A stretch of 64,000 nucleotides of DNA from Eledone cirrhosa (lineage: Eukaryota), in assembly GCA_964016885.1 (NCBI GenBank), contig OZ024760.1, forward strand, positions 22,754,001-22,818,000, written 5' to 3'. Numbering within the stretch: position 1 is the first letter of the stretch; each line of letters starts with the position of its first letter. This document shows positions 59,863-64,000 of the stretch, one piece after another. The notes beneath the pieces are model-generated. The model did no database searches and was not told the DNA's origin. It was given only the letters and a program-made list of their open reading frames with translations. The position numbers and the translations under genes were made by a program.

Positions 59863-59911
<49 letters not shown>

Positions 59912-59914
<3 letters not shown>

Positions 59915-60013
59915 TCCCGGTTCAATCAGTGGTAACCCTGTGAGTAAGATACCAACTACATTGGTCGAGTGTAAACAAGTTCTGATATATGTAGAAGCCA
60001 TTTCTATATTAAA
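59912..60013. mobile_element. Family C tail plus inverted arm in (TA)n
   Basis: Tail as in 29503-29560. The following AAACAAGTTCT...GTAGAAGCCATTTCTATATTAAAT matches the reverse complement of 29570-29610. Confidence 0.6.
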
Positions 60014-60030
60014 TGTGATATATATATATT

Positions 60031-60073
<43 letters not shown>

Positions 60074-60101
60074 ATCAAAAGATGGTTAAAAGAGTTCCAT
60101 G

Positions 60102-60172
60102 TATTTTATTATGCGCATTTCAAAAACAAATATCATCATGCAATAACATTTGTGTTTTCGTCAGATAAAATA
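60102..60172 (-). ncRNA. Minimal type I hammerhead ribozyme, apparently intact (family F, element about 60068-60333)
   Basis: tattttat-CTGACGA-AAAcACAAATGTTAT..ATGATATTTGTtTTT-GAAA-TGCGCA-TA-ataaaata. Perfect 8-bp stem I and palindromic stem III ATGCGCAT. A plus-strand tail TACTCCAG..GTAGAGTGCTT follows at 60253-60333. Confidence 0.8.
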
Positions 60173-60358
60173 GGAGGACATGATATGAAGGTTAAAATAC
60201 ACTTCTGAATAGTGCAGTGTTAAATCAACATTTTGATCTTATATATTATTTATACTCCAGTCCTACAAACTGTAGAGTGCTTCTTATCCGATATCTGCAT
60301 TGCTTTATTGTACTACAATAAAACTTACCTCCTACATATATATATATGTATATGTATG

Positions 60359-60434
<76 letters not shown>

Positions 60435-60551
60435 CTATGTATATTATATATATATATATATTTATATATAAATATATATATCACATTATATATATATATA
60501 TGTATGTATATAATATATATATATATATATGTATGTATGTGTGTGTCTATG

Positions 60552-60617
<66 letters not shown>

Positions 60618-60730
60618 CTATGTATATTATATATATATATATATTTATATATAAATATATATATCACATTATATATATATATATGTATGTATATAATATA
60701 TATATATATATATGTATGTGTGTGTCTATG

Positions 60731-60792
<62 letters not shown>

Positions 60793-60799
60793 CTGTATG

Positions 60800-60848
<49 letters not shown>

Positions 60849-60887
60849 TGCGTGTGTATACACATGTATCATGATTATTATTATTCT

Positions 60888-61215
60888 CGGTGGATAGACA
60901 GTATCGGTAGAGCATCTGACACCGTGCTTTGCAGCATAGTCATGGCCCCTTACCTTTTGAGTTCAAATCCCGCCTAGGTTAGCTTTGCCTTTCCTCCTTG
61001 CAGGGTCGACAAGATAAAGTGCCAGTAATAATCCGATGACAACTTAATCGACTTTTCCCTCTCTCCTCAAAATTGTTGCCCTTGTCCCTAAATCAGAAAT
61101 CATTATTATTATCCCGCCAAGGTTAACTTTGCCTTTCATCCTTACGGGGTCGATAAAATAAAGTACCAGTAATGCACTGGGTATTTTCTGGCCTTGTGCC
61201 TAACGTAGAAACAAT
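60888..61215 (+). mobile_element. Two SINE family 1 copies
   Basis: An older long-form copy at 60888-61105 followed by a younger 3' half. Confidence 0.85.
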
Positions 61216-61247
61216 TATTATTATTATTATTGTTATTTTCATTACAG

Positions 61248-61288
61248 ATGATACTGAGTGTTGAGAAGAAGTACAGCGTCAACAAAAG
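61248..61288 (+). CDS. Candidate 41-nt micro-exon (MILSVEKKYSVNK)
   Basis: ttattttcattacag|ATG...AAAAG|gtaatc with strong acceptor and donor; only one open frame; no homology recognised. Confidence 0.35.
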
Positions 61289-61299
61289 GTAATCTGATT

Positions 61300-61559
61300 C
61301 ATATATATAGTTAATATTTTTTCCATGTTCATATTAATACGAACTTACACATCTATTGCATATACACATACTTACATTTTTATATCCATTGTATATATTT
61401 ATATTCACCTTCTTGGACTAACTTTTATTTTCTGTATCTTTTCTTTTTGTTGTCTGACTATATTTTTTACTCCAGAAGATGGGCTAAAGCCCGGCACGTC
61501 GAACATTCTTTCCCCTTTTCCATATAACGTGTGGACGTAAGAAGACATTCTGTATCTCT

Positions 61560-61560
<1 letters not shown>
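61300..61560 (+). mobile_element. Probable Penelope-like terminus with decayed hammerhead
   Basis: CAGAAGA-tGGGC-taaa-GCCC-GGCA-CGTC at 61473-61500, with both core boxes mutated. Confidence 0.4.
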
Positions 61561-61600
<40 letters not shown>

Positions 61601-63165
61601 AATGACTCCATTTATACCATAAACGTGGTTTTGTCTTTGCGTGTGATTGTTCTCAACACTCCACAAAACGACGTATTATCTTCGCTTTTTTCCGTTCATT
61701 GCCAGGGAACATCTTCGCGAATCAAAGTATCGTCTTCCTCTTTTCATTCGGTTGTAACTTTTTTCGAAATATTTACTCCTTTAATTTCTTTAATATTACA
61801 CATATACGTTCGTCCTTACTTCTCTAGCCTTTCCCCGTGTGACGTTTACCCAGTCTGTTTTCACACACGCGCTTGTACATTCACCCCTAGATTCCTATGG
61901 TTATCTCATGACCAGAAACATATACTCTTACAGCTGATACAGATCAACAAAATACACACACATACATCTACGTTTTCCGTTCACACACACACATTACATT
62001 TTGCTAACATACCTTTGCTCACAACTTCGTACTTACAGGCTTATACACAATCTTTTACTTACATATACACACACATATATCCTCTTCGCTTCGTACGGAC
62101 GTATAACAACACACACGCACACAAGGAATAATGTTAAGAAAATGTAATGTTATTTTGTAAATATCTTCGGTCCCTATATTTCGGATATACTATCCTTTGT
62201 CAAATGGAGGACAAAGGAAACTTTGAAAGTCCTTGAAGGCTTCACACTGCCTCCGAATGCAATCATTGATTTCGGGGTCCCGTTATGCCCACTATCCTAT
62301 AAGTTCTATCGGCCAGTGTCCCTTTTTTGTGCATCAGCGATCATGTCCTTCCAAAATCAATTGTGTGGAAAAGGTAGGCTTATATGGATGAGTGACTGTT
62401 GCTCTTCCATGAAAATATATGTATATACATGTATATTTATTATATGTACTATCTATATATTCATATACATAAATGAAGACATGTATATATATATATATAT
62501 ATACATGAATATCTACATGAATATATGTTTATATATATATGGATATATGTTTATATACACATGAATATATGTTTATACATGAATATATGTTTTCCTAGAA
62601 ACAAACATAGATATGTTTATATTACAAAAATCCTAACAGGAGAAACCACAAGAAAATACACACTTACATCCACACACATCCACACACATCCACACACCCA
62701 CACACCCACACACACATCCCCACATACCCCCCCCCCACACATCCACACATCCACACACACACACAGGCGCATCCACACACACACATTCACCCACGAAATA
62801 AAAATAACAGCTGCCATCACATATCAGACATTTAGCGTGCTGTTATAGAATGACGGAAAAGGAATCGGCGAGGCGAGAACAAAAATCACTGATTTTCGCT
62901 GTTCGATACTACATATGCGTTGGATGTAATTTACTCGTAGCTAGCATGATAGTGAGATATTAACAGAGATGTTTAAATTATGTCGTTCTGTCTCTATGAT
63001 AATTGATATAGCCGAATATCAATGTATGTAGATACACCTACTTACACATAACACGTACATATGTATATGTATCTACCAGGTGGACTGTCATCCTTGATGT
63101 GACTAAAGAACAGGCGGATTGACAGTAAGTTGATAGAGAGAGGGTCCATAGAGAGAGATAGAGAG

Positions 63166-63204
<39 letters not shown>

Positions 63205-63244
63205 TACAGAGAGAAAGCCAGACAGCCAGGCAGAATATATATAT

Positions 63245-63411
63245 AACGAAGGAAATGTGGTAAGGAACCAAGTGGACCATAACGCACCAAAGTACTCAAT
63301 ACTTAGGGTATTAGAGTGGGTAATAGGAACCAGTAAGACCCCGACGGTTGAGCTCAAGCCGTTTAGCCATCGAAACGGCTTGAGCTCAGCCGTCGGGGTC
63401 TTACTGGTTCC

Positions 63412-63414
<3 letters not shown>
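63245..63414 (-). mobile_element. Fold-back element family B in (TA)n
   Basis: Tail 63245-63322, arms 63323-63364 and 63373-63414. Confidence 0.8.
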
Positions 63415-63444
<30 letters not shown>

Positions 63445-63610
63445 CATACACACACATATATATATATTCATATATATATACGTATATATATATGAATATA
63501 TATATATGTGTGCGTATATATATATTTTTGTGTATTTATATATTTATGTATACGTGTATATATATATATATGTGTGTGTATGTGTGTGTGTGTGTATAGT
63601 TATATATACG

Positions 63611-63643
<33 letters not shown>

Positions 63644-63886
63644 GTATATGTATTTATTATTATTTATGTGTTTGTATATATATATATGTGTGTGCGTACA
63701 TATATATATATATATATACACGTGTACATAAATATATAAATACACACATAAATATATATACACACACACACATATATATATATATATTCATATATACGTA
63801 TATATAAATACACAGACACACACACACACATATATATATATACACATATTTATAGATACAGAGAGGCAGAGAGAGAGAACAAAAGC

Positions 63887-63944
<58 letters not shown>

Positions 63945-64000
63945 ACCTACATATATGTTTCAGCATTTATCTCTTTTGTTGATTTGATTGCTTGAATGAT

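Larger units (their letters stand above)
59423..59865 (-). mobile_element. Fold-back element family A: perfect 175-bp palindrome with two hammerheads plus tail
   Basis: Arms 59510-59684 and 59691-59865, loop TCAACT, tail 59423-59509, and (TA)n on both sides. Confidence 0.9.

Overview
This is eukaryotic, AT-rich, repeat-saturated DNA with one 200-N gap (4354-4553). It is most likely intronic or intergenic sequence of an octopod cephalopod, inferred from two tRNA-derived SINE families that I recall from Octopus genomes. There is no intact protein-coding gene. Almost all ORFs in the track are translations of (TA)n/(CA)n/(CT)n/(TATG)n/(CAC)n microsatellites, and only three weak splice-flanked micro-exon candidates were seen (48.6, 57.1, 61.2 kb). 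Recognisable parts are: about 35 full or partial SINE copies including tandem and fold-back arrays; RTE-type LINE fragments (one with twin-priming geometry, one bipartite non-autonomous element); three R4/Dong-like RLE retrotransposon 3' ends, all in (CATA)n; a Hero-like RLE remnant; mariner and hAT MITEs; and several minisatellites. The most striking structure is a set of at least six sequence-unrelated families of short, non-coding, mostly (TA)n-embedded elements with one shared architecture. Each has an inverted arm, a variable fold-back point, a direct arm and a 70-90 nt unpaired tail with a GAG(T/C)NC(T/C) stem-loop motif. They are associated with eight near-intact minimal hammerhead ribozyme cores and are interpreted as Penelope-like retroelement termini.
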